Assembly: GCA_963792965.1 (NCBI GenBank)
Contig: CAWBYW010000007.1
Span: 128,001 to 192,000 of the forward strand
DNA length: 64,000 nucleotides
DNA from: an uncultured delta proteobacterium
GTDB taxonomy: Bacteria > Desulfobacterota > Zymogenia > Zymogenales > Zymogenaceae
Reading direction: 5' to 3'
This document shows, in pieces, positions 39,642-49,759 of this stretch. How positions within the stretch are numbered: position 1 is the stretch's first letter; the number at the start of each line of letters is the position of its first letter. The position numbers and the translations under genes were made by a program. The notes beneath the pieces were generated by a model. That model was not told the origin of the DNA. It was given only the letters and a program-made list of their open reading frames with translations, and made no database searches.

Positions 39642-39997
39642 TTCGAGGCCGTCGGGGTCCTGGGTGAGAGGTGCACCACGGAGAGCGCTCGGGATAAGAA
39701 AGACACTGAGAAGAGCCGGCGTCCAGCGACTGTTCCTGAGCCTACGTGCCCCATATAACCGCACTTCATCGAAGAGGGTCCTTTCGGACCCGTAAACACC
39801 CGTCCATTTCACCGCACGAGTCATCAAAAACCATCCGAGAGAATCAGAGTCTAAATACAGGCGAGCGGTACGACCGATAAACCCCCGTCGGAAGGGTCTT
39901 TGAGCACATTTTCGACGTAGTGTCTGCAGGAACATCGAAAAATAACTAAGTGGCGACCGGCTTCGCGGGAATTTCCTATTACAATGCAAAATAGTGC

Positions 39998-40060
39998 TTG
40001 ACTGCTTTAAGGGAGGGGAATAGTATACGTTTTAAAGGTCTGATGGTATGATGATATGAT
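39998..40060 (+). promoter_or_regulatory. Sigma70 promoter with GntR/FadR-type operator repeats
   Basis: TTGACT-N17-TAGTAT, then GGTCTGATGGTATGATGATATGAT just upstream of the GntR ATG. Confidence 0.55.
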
Positions 40061-40070
40061 ATTACCTGCT

Positions 40071-40759
40071 ATGAAACCGGTAACCCGCACCAATATCTCC
40101 GAATCGATCGTTCGGCAGATGATCAATCTTATCGGTACAGGCGTCTATTCGCCGGGCCAGAAGCTTCCCCCGAGCGCGAGCTGATGCAGAGCCTCGGCGT
40201 CGGGCGCTCATCGGTCAGGGAAGCGTTCCAGGCCCTTGCGATCATGGGTCTGATCGATATACGTCCGGGCCTGGGGACCTTTGTCAGGGAGATCACCAAC
40301 GAGATGGCGATCCCCAGTAACATATTTGCCCCGCTCATCAACCCCGAGGGGACCGAGGACCTGCTCGAGGCTCGGTTGGCGGTAGAGCCGACCATCGCCT
40401 CGCTGGCGGCCGAGCGCCATACGCCTGAAGAAATCGAGGAAATTGAGCGGGTCCTTTTGGGGAGCCGCGACGCCTTCACGTCGGGAAAGCCGGTCTATCC
40501 CGTGGCGACTAATTTCCACGTCCAGATAGCCCGGGCGTCGCATAACATGGTCTTCATACGGTTTATCGAGACCGTCTCGGGCCTCTTTGCCGTTAGGGGC
40601 GCCTTGATGGAAAAGCACAAGGACTATCTCGCCTGGGAATATGATTCCCACTACTCGGTGCTCAGGGCGGTCGGCTCCGGCGACCCGGAATCGGCACGCC
40701 GCCAGATGCACGAGCATATCCAGGAAGTGACACGCCGCTACGTGACGCGCAACGACTGA
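40071..40759 (+). CDS. GntR/FadR family regulator, frameshift in the C-run near 40170
   Basis: MKPVTR...PGQKLP then ERELMQSLGVGRSSVREA; FCD domain LEARLAVE, FH..IARASHN. Confidence 0.88.
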
Positions 40760-40989
40760 CGGGGCGCTCCGTCAGCCGATCTCCTTCAGGGCGGAGAGGG
40801 GAGGGGCGGAACATCGAACCGGGCGGACGTCGGTGAGGTAACACGCACGGTGCTCCGTCATGGATTTGGCACCCTTCCAAACGCGGCGGCAGGTATAAAC
40901 GACGACAGAAGCCCGACGAAGCGCCTCGCAACGGGCGTTCGGTACAACGTCATACCGTCTTTCATCGGAACAACGATAAGGAGAAACCC

Positions 40990-41697
40990 ATGTCACCAGC
41001 ACAACTTTCCCACGAGGAGATCATCGCGTTGTGCGCGCGCCTCGAAAAGACCTACACGCCGGCCGTGTCCGATACACTCGACGGCATGGGGCTCATGAAC
41101 CAGGCCATGTGCTCGGGTTTTTCCCCCATCATTACGGGGAGCGTCGTGGCGGGCCCCGCCTTTACCCTCGATGAGGCGAAAACCAAAAAGAGCCAGAGAC
41201 TTTCCGAATACAACCCGGAGTTCGTCGCCCAGGCCCTCACCGCCGTATTCGGGACCATGAAGAAGGGGCAGGTGATCGCGGTAAACACGAACGGATTTTC
41301 GGGAGCCGGGGCGTTCGGAGAGCTCATGTCCACGACGAGCAAGTACTACGCAGGCGTAAGGGGGGCGGTGGTCGACGGGCCGATACGTGATATCGGCCGA
41401 ATCAGGGAGATCGATTTCCCCGTCTGGGCCACGGGAAACATACCAACCGATTCGATCGGGAGGGTCGATCTTGTCGGTGTCGGCGGCCCGATCTTCTGCG
41501 GGGGGGTCCGGGTCAACCCGGGAGACATAATCTTTGCGGACTGCGACGGGGTGGTCGTGGTCCCGATGGCCGACGTCGATCTCGAGGAAGTCGTCCGAAA
41601 GGCGGAAGAGGTCGTGGCGGCCGAGCGGCGCTCCCGCCGGGAGATCAAGGGTGGCAGCTCGCTGCTCGATGTCTACAAGAAGTACGGGAAACTCTAA
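40990..41697 (+). CDS. RraA-like / HMG-CHA aldolase family protein
   Basis: VSDTLD, AFGELM, VVDGPIRD, VNPGDIIFADCDGVVVVP. Confidence 0.88.
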   Translation: MSPAQLSHEEIIALCARLEKTYTPAVSDTLDGMGLMNQAMCSGFSPIITGSVVAGPAFTLDEAKTKKSQRLSEYNPEFVAQALTAVFGTMKKGQVIAVNTNGFSGAGAFGELMSTTSKYYAGVRGAVVDGPIRDIGRIREIDFPVWATGNIPTDSIGRVDLVGVGGPIFCGGVRVNPGDIIFADCDGVVVVPMADVDLEEVVRKAEEVVAAERRSRREIKGGSSLLDVYKKYGKL

Positions 41698-42950
41698 TGG
41701 GAATGTATCGGTTCCACTACTTCGATCGCCTCGTCGAGGTGACTCTCCCGGACGCGCGGATAATAAAAAAGGCCGAACCCGCCGCCGTCCCGGCCCTCGA
41801 GGACATCTATCGCGAGACGATACGTGCGATCCGTGCCCCGATCGGCGCTCCGCCGCTGGTGGAGTCTCTCGATGCGCGGGACAGGGTTCTCCTCGTTGTC
41901 CCCGATAAGGGGCGTCATACGGACCTCAGGGACGTCCTCAGGGGCGTTCTGGACGGTATCGCGGAGGCGGGCGTCCCCAAGGGGCAGATCACGATACTCA
42001 TCGCGCTCGGTACTCATCGCCGGATGACACGCGAAGAGATAGAAGAGAAATATTCGGCGGGCATCCTTTCCGGGTACCGCGTCGTTAACCACGCATATGA
42101 CGATCCGTCGGCCCTCATCGATCTCGGAGAGACGGCCGACGGCCTTCCCGTGCAATTCAACAGGCTGATCGATGAGCACGATTTTGTCATCTCCGTTGGA
42201 AACATTAGCCCCCACCCGGTGGGGGGCTATTCGGGAGGGGCAAAGGGCGTCCTGCCGGGTATCGCCGGCAAGCGATCGACGGACTATTTCCACTGGGAAG
42301 CTACGAAGTATCCCCTCTTCGATATATTCGGAAACGCGGATAATCCCGTTCGCGGCGAGATGGAAGCCATCGTGTCCAAGGCGGGGCTCGATTTTATCGT
42401 CAACACCACCGAGAACAGCGACCGAAAGATATCAGGAGTTTTCGCCGGCCACTTCGTGGAGGCGCATCGTGCGGGGGTCGATTTCCTGAAGAAGAGCCCG
42501 CTCATCGCCTTCCCCGTCGAGCTTCCGGACGTTCTCGTCATCGGGCTCGGTGCCGATCGCCCTGATTTCTGGGGAGGGGCCGCGGGGATCTACGCGGCGG
42601 CGGCTTTCCTCAAAGAGGGGGGGACGCTCGTCTTGTTCGCCGCCTGCCCGGAGGGAGTCGCAAAGCAGCACCCGATCGTCCTCGAATACGGATACGGCAG
42701 ATGGCAAGAGGTGAGGGAATCTGTTGATCGAGGCGAAGTCCTCGACAGGACGGGTGCCTCCCATGTCGTCACCGTCGGCAAGATCATCGAGCAGAAGAAG
42801 ATGAAGGTCTTTATTGTCTCGGAAGGGATAACGGCGCCGGACGCCGAAAGGCTCGGATTCGTCTGGTTTCCAGGTCCCAGAGAGGCGGTGGATCGTGCGC
42901 TCGAGGAGGCGGGTAGAGAATCGAGAGTCCTTATCTACGAAAGGATATGA
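41697..42950 (+). CDS. Nickel-pincer-dependent LarA family racemase/epimerase
   Basis: PIGAPPL, VPDKGR, ALGTHR, PH..GYSGGAKGVLPG, AACPEG. Confidence 0.88.
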   Translation: MGMYRFHYFDRLVEVTLPDARIIKKAEPAAVPALEDIYRETIRAIRAPIGAPPLVESLDARDRVLLVVPDKGRHTDLRDVLRGVLDGIAEAGVPKGQITILIALGTHRRMTREEIEEKYSAGILSGYRVVNHAYDDPSALIDLGETADGLPVQFNRLIDEHDFVISVGNISPHPVGGYSGGAKGVLPGIAGKRSTDYFHWEATKYPLFDIFGNADNPVRGEMEAIVSKAGLDFIVNTTENSDRKISGVFAGHFVEAHRAGVDFLKKSPLIAFPVELPDVLVIGLGADRPDFWGGAAGIYAAAAFLKEGGTLVLFAACPEGVAKQHPIVLEYGYGRWQEVRESVDRGEVLDRTGASHVVTVGKIIEQKKMKVFIVSEGITAPDAERLGFVWFPGPREAVDRALEEAGRESRVLIYERI

Positions 42951-42951
42951 C

Positions 42952-44584
42952 ATGGCAAAGAAACCGCGAAGCGCAGCTCTCGTCAAGGATGCCGACAGGC
43001 TCGCGACCGCGCTCATCCGCGTCGAGCTTCTTAAAACGTGTGGAATCGCACGGGAGGAGATCGAAGGACAAGCCCCTCATCGGCATCGTTAACTCGTGGA
43101 CGGATCTTCTCCCGGGCCACCTGCACCTGAGGGAGCTGTCGAGGTCGGTGCGGGACGGCATACTCATGGCCGGAGGCATCCCGCTCGAGTTCAACACGGT
43201 CGCCCCGTGCGACGGGTATTCAAACGGGCTGTTCGGCATGCGCTACGTCCTTCCGATGCGCGACATCATCGCCGACGCGATCGAGTCGATGGTCATGGCC
43301 CACGGCTTCGACGGGCTGGTCTTCCTCTCGGGCTGCGACAAGATCGTTCCGGCCCAGGTCATGGCCGCCGCCCGCCTTGACCTCCCGTCGATCTTCGTAA
43401 CGGGAGGCCCGATGCTTCCGTTCAACGAGTTTGCCCCCAAGGGAACCCCACCGATACTTTCCATGGTCAGCTGTCCGGGGCCGGGTGCATGCAGCGGCAT
43501 GGGGACCGCGGTATCCATGCAGTGCCTCGTGGAGGCCCTCGGCCTGTCGCTGCCCGGCAGCGCGGCGACACATGCGGTCCACAGCGAGAAATACCTCATG
43601 GCCAAGGCCAGCGGAAAGCGGATCGTTGCGCTCGTGGAGGAAGGTCTGAGCGCACGCATGATCCTAACGTCGGACGCGATCCATAACGCCCTGGTCACGA
43701 CCGCCGCCGCCGGTTGCTCGACCAACGTCGTCATCCATCTGTTGGCACTTGCCTCCGAGCTCGGCGTGTGTCTCACCCTTGAGGATTTCGATCGGATCGG
43801 CAGGGAGGTCCCTCATCTTCTGGGCGTCTACCCGTCCGGGCCCTATTTTCTTCTTGACGTCTATCGAGCCGGCGGCATCCCGGCGCTCCTTAACCGGGTA
43901 AAGGAATTCCTCAGAGGTGATGCCCTTACCGTCACCGGGAAGAGCCTGCGTGAGAATAACGCCGGCCTTGAAAGTCGGGACGACGACGTCATACGTGAGC
44001 TCAATAATCCCTATCATCCCGAGGGTGGGATCGCGGTGGTGAAGGGCAACCTCGCGCCGGACGGCGCCGTCGTCAAGACGAGCAGCATCCCGAAAGAGAT
44101 GATGCTCTTCTCCGGGAATGCCCGGGTCTACGAAAGTGAGGCGGAAGCGATAGCAGGGGGACTGCGACACGAATACACCGCGGGTGACGTGATCGTCATA
44201 CGAAACGAGGGGCCGAAAGGCGGACCGGGCATGCCGGAGCTGCTCACCGTGACGGAGCTTCTCTTTCAGCTGGGACTCGCCGAAAAGGTGGCGTTGATTA
44301 CCGACGGCAGATTCTCGGGCTTTTCTCGCGGTCCATGCGTCGGGCACGTTTCGCCGGAGGCGTTTATCGGAGGACCGCTCGGGCTCGTCCGGGACGGGGA
44401 ACGGATTACGGTCGATATCGAAAATCGTCGGCTCACCGTCGATCTGTCGACAGGTGAGCTCGCGCGAAGGCGAAAAGATCGCGTCCCGATCGAACGGTCA
44501 CTTTCGGGCGCGCTGAAGAAATATGCGGCCCTTGTGTCTCAAGCCGATACCGGATGCGTCACCATACCGCAGGAGGAGTCATGA
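42952..44584 (+). CDS. IlvD/EDD family dihydroxy-acid or sugar-acid dehydratase, frameshift near 43065
   Basis: KPLIGIVNS, PCDG, GCDK, CSGMGTA, GNLAPDGAVVK, ITDGRFSG, GHVSPEA; ATG at 42952 lies in another frame. Confidence 0.9.
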
Positions 44585-45546
44585 AGATAGCCATAACCGG
44601 AAGTTCGGGGTACCTCGGGAGGCATGTCGTCTCGCTCGCCCTCAAGAAAGGCTTCGACGTTGTCGGAATCGATCTGGTGCCGTCGGGCGTCCGTCACGAG
44701 AGGCTGACCGAATCTGTCGTCGACATCACGGACAAGGCGTCGGTTCAGGAGGCGGTAAGGGGAGCCCAGGCGGTTTTCCACCTTGCGGCGGCGCTTGCGC
44801 AGTTCGTGCGGGACGAGTCCCGGATGAAGAGGGTTAACGTCGACGGCACCGCGAACCTGCTGGCGGCAGCATACGCGGCTAAAGCGAAAAAGTTCGTATT
44901 CGTCTCGTCAGTGGAGGTCTACGGGATCGATGTCCCCACGCCGTGTCCGGAGGCCGCGCCAGTTTCCCCGGTCTGCCAATATGGGCGCGATAAGGTGGAG
45001 GCCGAGCGATTATGTATGGAGTATCTCAAGAAAGGCCTGGATGTGACAATCTTCCGCCCGCCGACCATCAACGGTCCCGGCCAGAACGAGCCGTTCCTGG
45101 TGTCGCAGATGGAGGCGATCGCGCGCGGGAAGAGCACGCTCTTACCCGGCGGCGGAATGACGCGGCTCCAGATGGTAGATGTGGATGACGTGGTTTGTGC
45201 CCTCTTTGCTGCCCTCGAGACCCCCAGATCCGTGGGAGAGGTGATGAATCTCGGCAGCGACGACGTGCCGACCCTGAGAGAGCTGACGCTGGCACTCTAC
45301 GCTCACGCGGGAAAAAAGCCCCGGTTAATATCGGTGAACGCGGCACTGGCCCGCGCGGCGGTCAAGAGCCTCTCGGCATTAGGGCTTTCGCCGATCGAGC
45401 CGCAGCATCTCGAGATTGCCCTGAGGGACTACGTCTTTGATAACCGGCATGCCAAGGACGTGCTCGGATGGCGGCCGACGAAAAACGACGTCGAATCGGC
45501 AACGGCCGCTTTTGACGATCATATCGGGAGATTGAAAGAGAAGTAG
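44581..45546 (+). CDS. NAD-dependent epimerase/dehydratase (extended SDR)
   Basis: TGSSGYLG, FHLAA, NVDGT, YGRDK. Confidence 0.9.
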   Translation: MKIAITGSSGYLGRHVVSLALKKGFDVVGIDLVPSGVRHERLTESVVDITDKASVQEAVRGAQAVFHLAAALAQFVRDESRMKRVNVDGTANLLAAAYAAKAKKFVFVSSVEVYGIDVPTPCPEAAPVSPVCQYGRDKVEAERLCMEYLKKGLDVTIFRPPTINGPGQNEPFLVSQMEAIARGKSTLLPGGGMTRLQMVDVDDVVCALFAALETPRSVGEVMNLGSDDVPTLRELTLALYAHAGKKPRLISVNAALARAAVKSLSALGLSPIEPQHLEIALRDYVFDNRHAKDVLGWRPTKNDVESATAAFDDHIGRLKEK

Positions 45547-45656
45547 TCGGTGAGGCCTTTCATATACGAAGCAAACCGGGGGGGGCAGAAATGCCAAGAA
45601 GCATTAAGGTGGCGGCGATAACCGGAATCATCGTTCCGTAGGAAAGGGAGGTGTTC

Positions 45657-46343
45657 ATGGAGATCACGCTCATCGGGCAGAGCACGCTCGTAATCAGGAT
45701 GTCGTCCCTCGTGATCATGACCGACCCCTGGTGGGGATCATTCGAGTTCTTACGGGGGGTCCCGTTGTCGATGGACCCCGAATCGGTCGACCCGATCGAC
45801 ATCATGCTCGTCTCGCACAACCACGTCGATCATTGGTGTCGGAACGCGATTCGTCTTGCCGCCGAGCGCTCCATCCATGTTGTCGGCTCCCAAAAGGCCG
45901 CCGCGCGAGCCGCGCGGCACGGGGTGGCAGGGGCCACAGCGCTCAGACCGGGCGAGAGCCACGCGTACCGGGGGATCACCATTCATGCGACGCCGGCCTT
46001 TCACCCGTTTGCCAACGATGCCATCGGGTTTGTCGTAGAGGGTGACGAAACGTTCTATTTTTCCGGAGATACCCGTTACAACCCCGCACTGAGCGATTTT
46101 CTGAGGCGCTTTTCCCTCGATGTTGCTTTCGTGCAGGTCGCCGCGTCGACCTATCCGCTGGTCGGCAAGGACGGCATGGATCTTTCCGATGCGGCCCGCC
46201 TCGTCTCCGAGATACGCCCGAGAACAGTCGTTCCGATACACTTCCAGGTGAAGGGAAAGACTATAGATACCGAGACGCTCAAGAAATGGAAGACCGCGTC
46301 CCGGGTCGCGGTCCCGCATCCAGGGAAACCCGTGGTGCTATGA
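45657..46343 (+). CDS. MBL-fold metallohydrolase (UlaG-like)
   Basis: TDP, SHNHVDH, PAFH, FSGDT, PIHF. Confidence 0.88.
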   Translation: MEITLIGQSTLVIRMSSLVIMTDPWWGSFEFLRGVPLSMDPESVDPIDIMLVSHNHVDHWCRNAIRLAAERSIHVVGSQKAAARAARHGVAGATALRPGESHAYRGITIHATPAFHPFANDAIGFVVEGDETFYFSGDTRYNPALSDFLRRFSLDVAFVQVAASTYPLVGKDGMDLSDAARLVSEIRPRTVVPIHFQVKGKTIDTETLKKWKTASRVAVPHPGKPVVL

Positions 46344-46387
46344 AACAATCGTATCGAGTCGAACTATCATCCATGTAAGGTGTCAAA

Positions 46388-47737
46388 ATGGCCGAGGAAA
46401 GAAAGATGAAGGACAACATGACGATAGGTGAACCCCCGAGGGGGTGGCGTCGTTTGGTGGCATTGGGCCCGGGACTCGTGTGGGCGGCAAGCTCCGTGGG
46501 CGTGGCGGAGCTCGTCTTCGCGACGCGGGCGGGGGCGATCTTCGGGTTTCTGCTGCTCTGGGTTCCGATCGTCTCGTTATTCTTTAAGTACTTTTTTACC
46601 GAGATGATGGGACGCTATACCATCGCGACCGGTGAGGATGTCATATCCGCGTTTGCCCGTATCGAGACGAAGATCGGACCGATTACCCTGCCGAAGGGGT
46701 GGATCATCTGGATATTCTGGGTTTTCTTCATCGCGAGTGTGGCGGGGATGGGCGGGATTGCGCTGACGGTCGGCAGTGCGATCTTCGGCGTCTATTCGGG
46801 CGTTTCGTATGTGGTGTACGCAATTATTTCCCTGATGTCGGTATGGATCATCCTTTTTATCGGGAGTTACCGAGGTCTGGAAAACGTGTCGAGGATTCTA
46901 ATCGCGGCGATGATATTCTTTGTTATCTACGCCGTGGTCAAAGAGTCTCCGCCCGCCTCGCTGGTTGGGTCCGGACTCATCCCGAATATCCCGGACAAAT
47001 CGCTCAGAGAGCTAATCCCGTTGCTCGGCTGGACGGGGGCGGGCGCCATGGGGACGATCTGGTTCTCCCTCTGGACGAAGGCGAGCGGAAGAGGGGTGTC
47101 GGAAAAGCCGGGCAAGATGACGCCGGCCGTTCAGCGGAAGATATCCGGGTGGATTGAGATAAGTCGCATAGACCTGATATTTAATATGGTGCTCACGGGA
47201 ATATTGACGATCGGATTTCTCCTGGCAGGAGCCTCGATCCTCCATCCACTGGGCCTCGTGCCGGAGGGGGAGGGGATCGGGATAATCCTGGCAGGGATCG
47301 CCGGCAAATTCTACGGGAGACAGGGTGAGATCATCTTTCTTGTTGGGGTATTCAGCACCCTCTACAGCACGCTTCTGGCCGATATCGACGGGCTTTGTCG
47401 CGTGGCGTCCGGCGCCGTCGAGTCGCGATGGGGCAAAAAAAGAGACAAGCGCTTCTACTATCTCATATTCCTCGCCGTCTATGTGGTATCTGCCGGGCTC
47501 TTCGCCACGATCATATCGGCACCAGTTATCCTGCTTCAGCTCACGGCGGTTATCGATACGCTCCTGCTTCCGGTCGTCGGACTCATGGGAATATACATCT
47601 GCACAAGGTTCCTCCCGCCGGTCTTTCGGCCGGGACGCTGGTTCGTGATATTCTCGTACGCTTCGGTGCTCTTCTTTGTCTTCTTCATCGTCCTTCTGAT
47701 TATAGCCGTAGTCAGAGGGGTCAGCTTCTCCATATAA
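46388..47737 (+). CDS. Nramp-like (APC superfamily) transporter
   Basis: LGPGLVWAASSVG..EL..ATRAGA.FG, GRYTIATGE; about 11 TM segments. Confidence 0.8.
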   Translation: MAEERKMKDNMTIGEPPRGWRRLVALGPGLVWAASSVGVAELVFATRAGAIFGFLLLWVPIVSLFFKYFFTEMMGRYTIATGEDVISAFARIETKIGPITLPKGWIIWIFWVFFIASVAGMGGIALTVGSAIFGVYSGVSYVVYAIISLMSVWIILFIGSYRGLENVSRILIAAMIFFVIYAVVKESPPASLVGSGLIPNIPDKSLRELIPLLGWTGAGAMGTIWFSLWTKASGRGVSEKPGKMTPAVQRKISGWIEISRIDLIFNMVLTGILTIGFLLAGASILHPLGLVPEGEGIGIILAGIAGKFYGRQGEIIFLVGVFSTLYSTLLADIDGLCRVASGAVESRWGKKRDKRFYYLIFLAVYVVSAGLFATIISAPVILLQLTAVIDTLLLPVVGLMGIYICTRFLPPVFRPGRWFVIFSYASVLFFVFFIVLLIIAVVRGVSFSI

Positions 47738-47850
47738 GGTGATCTTAGAGGAAAAGCTAGAGGGACCGCGGTAATTGCCTCATCACATTAGAAGGACGGG
47801 TTACAGGTGATGAAGATCTCTCGGGATAGCCGAGAGTGACGCAGAAGGGT

Positions 47851-47879
47851 AAAGGTCGGCCGGAATGCCGGCCTTTTTC
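47851..47879 (+). terminator. Intrinsic terminator
   Basis: AAAGGTCGGC-loop-GCCGGCCTTTTT. Confidence 0.6.
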
Positions 47880-48100
47880 TCGCTTCGGAGCGTGAGGTCA
47901 TATCCTTTCCTTGGAGGTATCCGAACCGACAAAGAGCCGACGACGGAATCACCGTATCCGAGAGCACCTGATTTCATCGATTAGTCGGATTGTAGATTGA
48001 AAAAGGAAACGCAATCGGGTATAATAAAAAGATAAATAACGAAAGGTGCGCCGCACTACGCGGCGCGCTCTACAACCGGCACGATAATGAGGAGATCTCA

Positions 48101-49555
48101 ATGCCTCTCATGACCCCACAAGAATACGAAAAGAGTCTCAGAAAGCTTAAATTGGTTGTCTATATGTTCGGAAAACGCCTTGATAACGTCGTAGACGACC
48201 CGATCATACGCCCTTCAATGAATGCGGTGGCCCTCACCTATGAGCTTTCACATCGCCCTGAATACGAACAGCTCCTGACGACCACATCCCATATTTCCGG
48301 CAACAAGATCAGCCGGTTTACCCACGTCCATCAAAGCATGGATGACTTAGTCAAGAAGAGCAAAATGGGAAGACTCCTCGGATCGTTGACCGGGTGCTGT
48401 TTTCAGCGCTGCGTCGGGATGGATGCGCTCAACGCCCTCTCTATCACAACTTACAATATGGATAAGAAAAACGGCACCGAGTACCACGGGCGGTTTCTGA
48501 AATACCTTCGTTACGTCCAGGACAACGACCTCGTATGCGACGGCGCCATGACCGACCCGAAAGGGGACCGCTCCCTTTCGCCGCACGAGCAGAGTGACCC
48601 CGACCTCTACCTGAGGGTGGTCAAGGAAACCAAAGAAGGGATTATCGTGCGGGGGGCCAAGGCACATCAGACGGGCGCGGTCAATTCACATGAGATCATC
48701 GTGATGCCGACGGTCTCGATGCGCCAGGAGGACAAGGCGTGGGCCGTTTCGTTCGCCCTGCCGAGCGACACGGAAGGGATCATCTATATCATGGGCAGGC
48801 AGTCGTGCGACACGCGCAAGGTCGAGGCGGGGACGATCGACCGGGGTAACCAGTGCTTCGGCGGGCACGAGGCGCTCGTCGTCTTTGACGACGTCTTCGT
48901 TCCGTGGGACAGGGTATTCATGTGTGGCGAGTATGATTATTCTGGCGAGCTTGTGGAAAAGTTCGCGTCATACCACCGCCAGAGCTACGCCTGCAAGGTC
49001 GGTGTGGGGGACGTCCTCATCGGTGCAACCCAGACGATCGCCGAACAGAACAACATTGCCAGGGCTTCTCACGTTCGTGATAAGATCATCGAAATGAATC
49101 ACCTCAACGAAACGCTCTACTGCGGCTGCATAGCCTGCGCGGCCGAGGGGCACCGCGAGCCTTCCGGCACCTATGCCGTCGATACCCTCCTTGCCAACGT
49201 GCACAAGCAGAACGTCACACGGTTCCCCTACGAGATCGCGCGGCTGGCGCAGGACATCGCCGGAGGTATACTCGTCACCCTCCCGTCGGAGGAGGACTTC
49301 CGGTCAGAAGAGGCGGGCAAATGGGTAAATAAATACCTCAAGGCCGACTCCTCGGTCCCGACGGAAGATCGAATGCGGATGCTGCGCCTCGTGGAGAACC
49401 TCACGATGGGGTCGGCGGCGGTCGGCTACCTCGTTGAGTCCATGCACGGGGCCGGATCCCCGCAGGCGCAGCGCATCATGATTTCCCGGGAGGTCAACAT
49501 GAAAGAAAAACAGCGCAACGCACGGCGCCTGGCGGGGATTGCTGACGAGTCATGA
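48101..49555 (+). CDS. abfD: 4-hydroxybutyryl-CoA dehydratase / vinylacetyl-CoA isomerase family
   Basis: CFQRCVGMD, GAMTDPKGDR, GAKAHQTG, YHRQSYACK, ESMHGAGSPQAQ. Confidence 0.88.
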   Translation: MPLMTPQEYEKSLRKLKLVVYMFGKRLDNVVDDPIIRPSMNAVALTYELSHRPEYEQLLTTTSHISGNKISRFTHVHQSMDDLVKKSKMGRLLGSLTGCCFQRCVGMDALNALSITTYNMDKKNGTEYHGRFLKYLRYVQDNDLVCDGAMTDPKGDRSLSPHEQSDPDLYLRVVKETKEGIIVRGAKAHQTGAVNSHEIIVMPTVSMRQEDKAWAVSFALPSDTEGIIYIMGRQSCDTRKVEAGTIDRGNQCFGGHEALVVFDDVFVPWDRVFMCGEYDYSGELVEKFASYHRQSYACKVGVGDVLIGATQTIAEQNNIARASHVRDKIIEMNHLNETLYCGCIACAAEGHREPSGTYAVDTLLANVHKQNVTRFPYEIARLAQDIAGGILVTLPSEEDFRSEEAGKWVNKYLKADSSVPTEDRMRMLRLVENLTMGSAAVGYLVESMHGAGSPQAQRIMISREVNMKEKQRNARRLAGIADES

Positions 49556-49645
49556 TCCACATCTACTCGGAATCTTCGGAGGGTGCTTTGATAGGCGAAG
49601 GGTAGGGTATTGTAGGAGCACCTCGCAGGGAGGAAGAGGATAGTG

Positions 49646-49676
49646 AAAAGGGTCAGCCGTAAGGCTGACCCTTTTT
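49646..49676. terminator. Bidirectional terminator between convergent genes
   Basis: AAAAGGGTCAGCC-GTAA-GGCTGACCCTTTT. Confidence 0.75.
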
Positions 49677-49759
49677 AGTTTGAGCCGAGAAATGCTTGTG
49701 CAGTCGCCGCGGATCGAAAATCTCACCTTTTCCGCGAGCCGGCTATGTTGTATGCCTCG

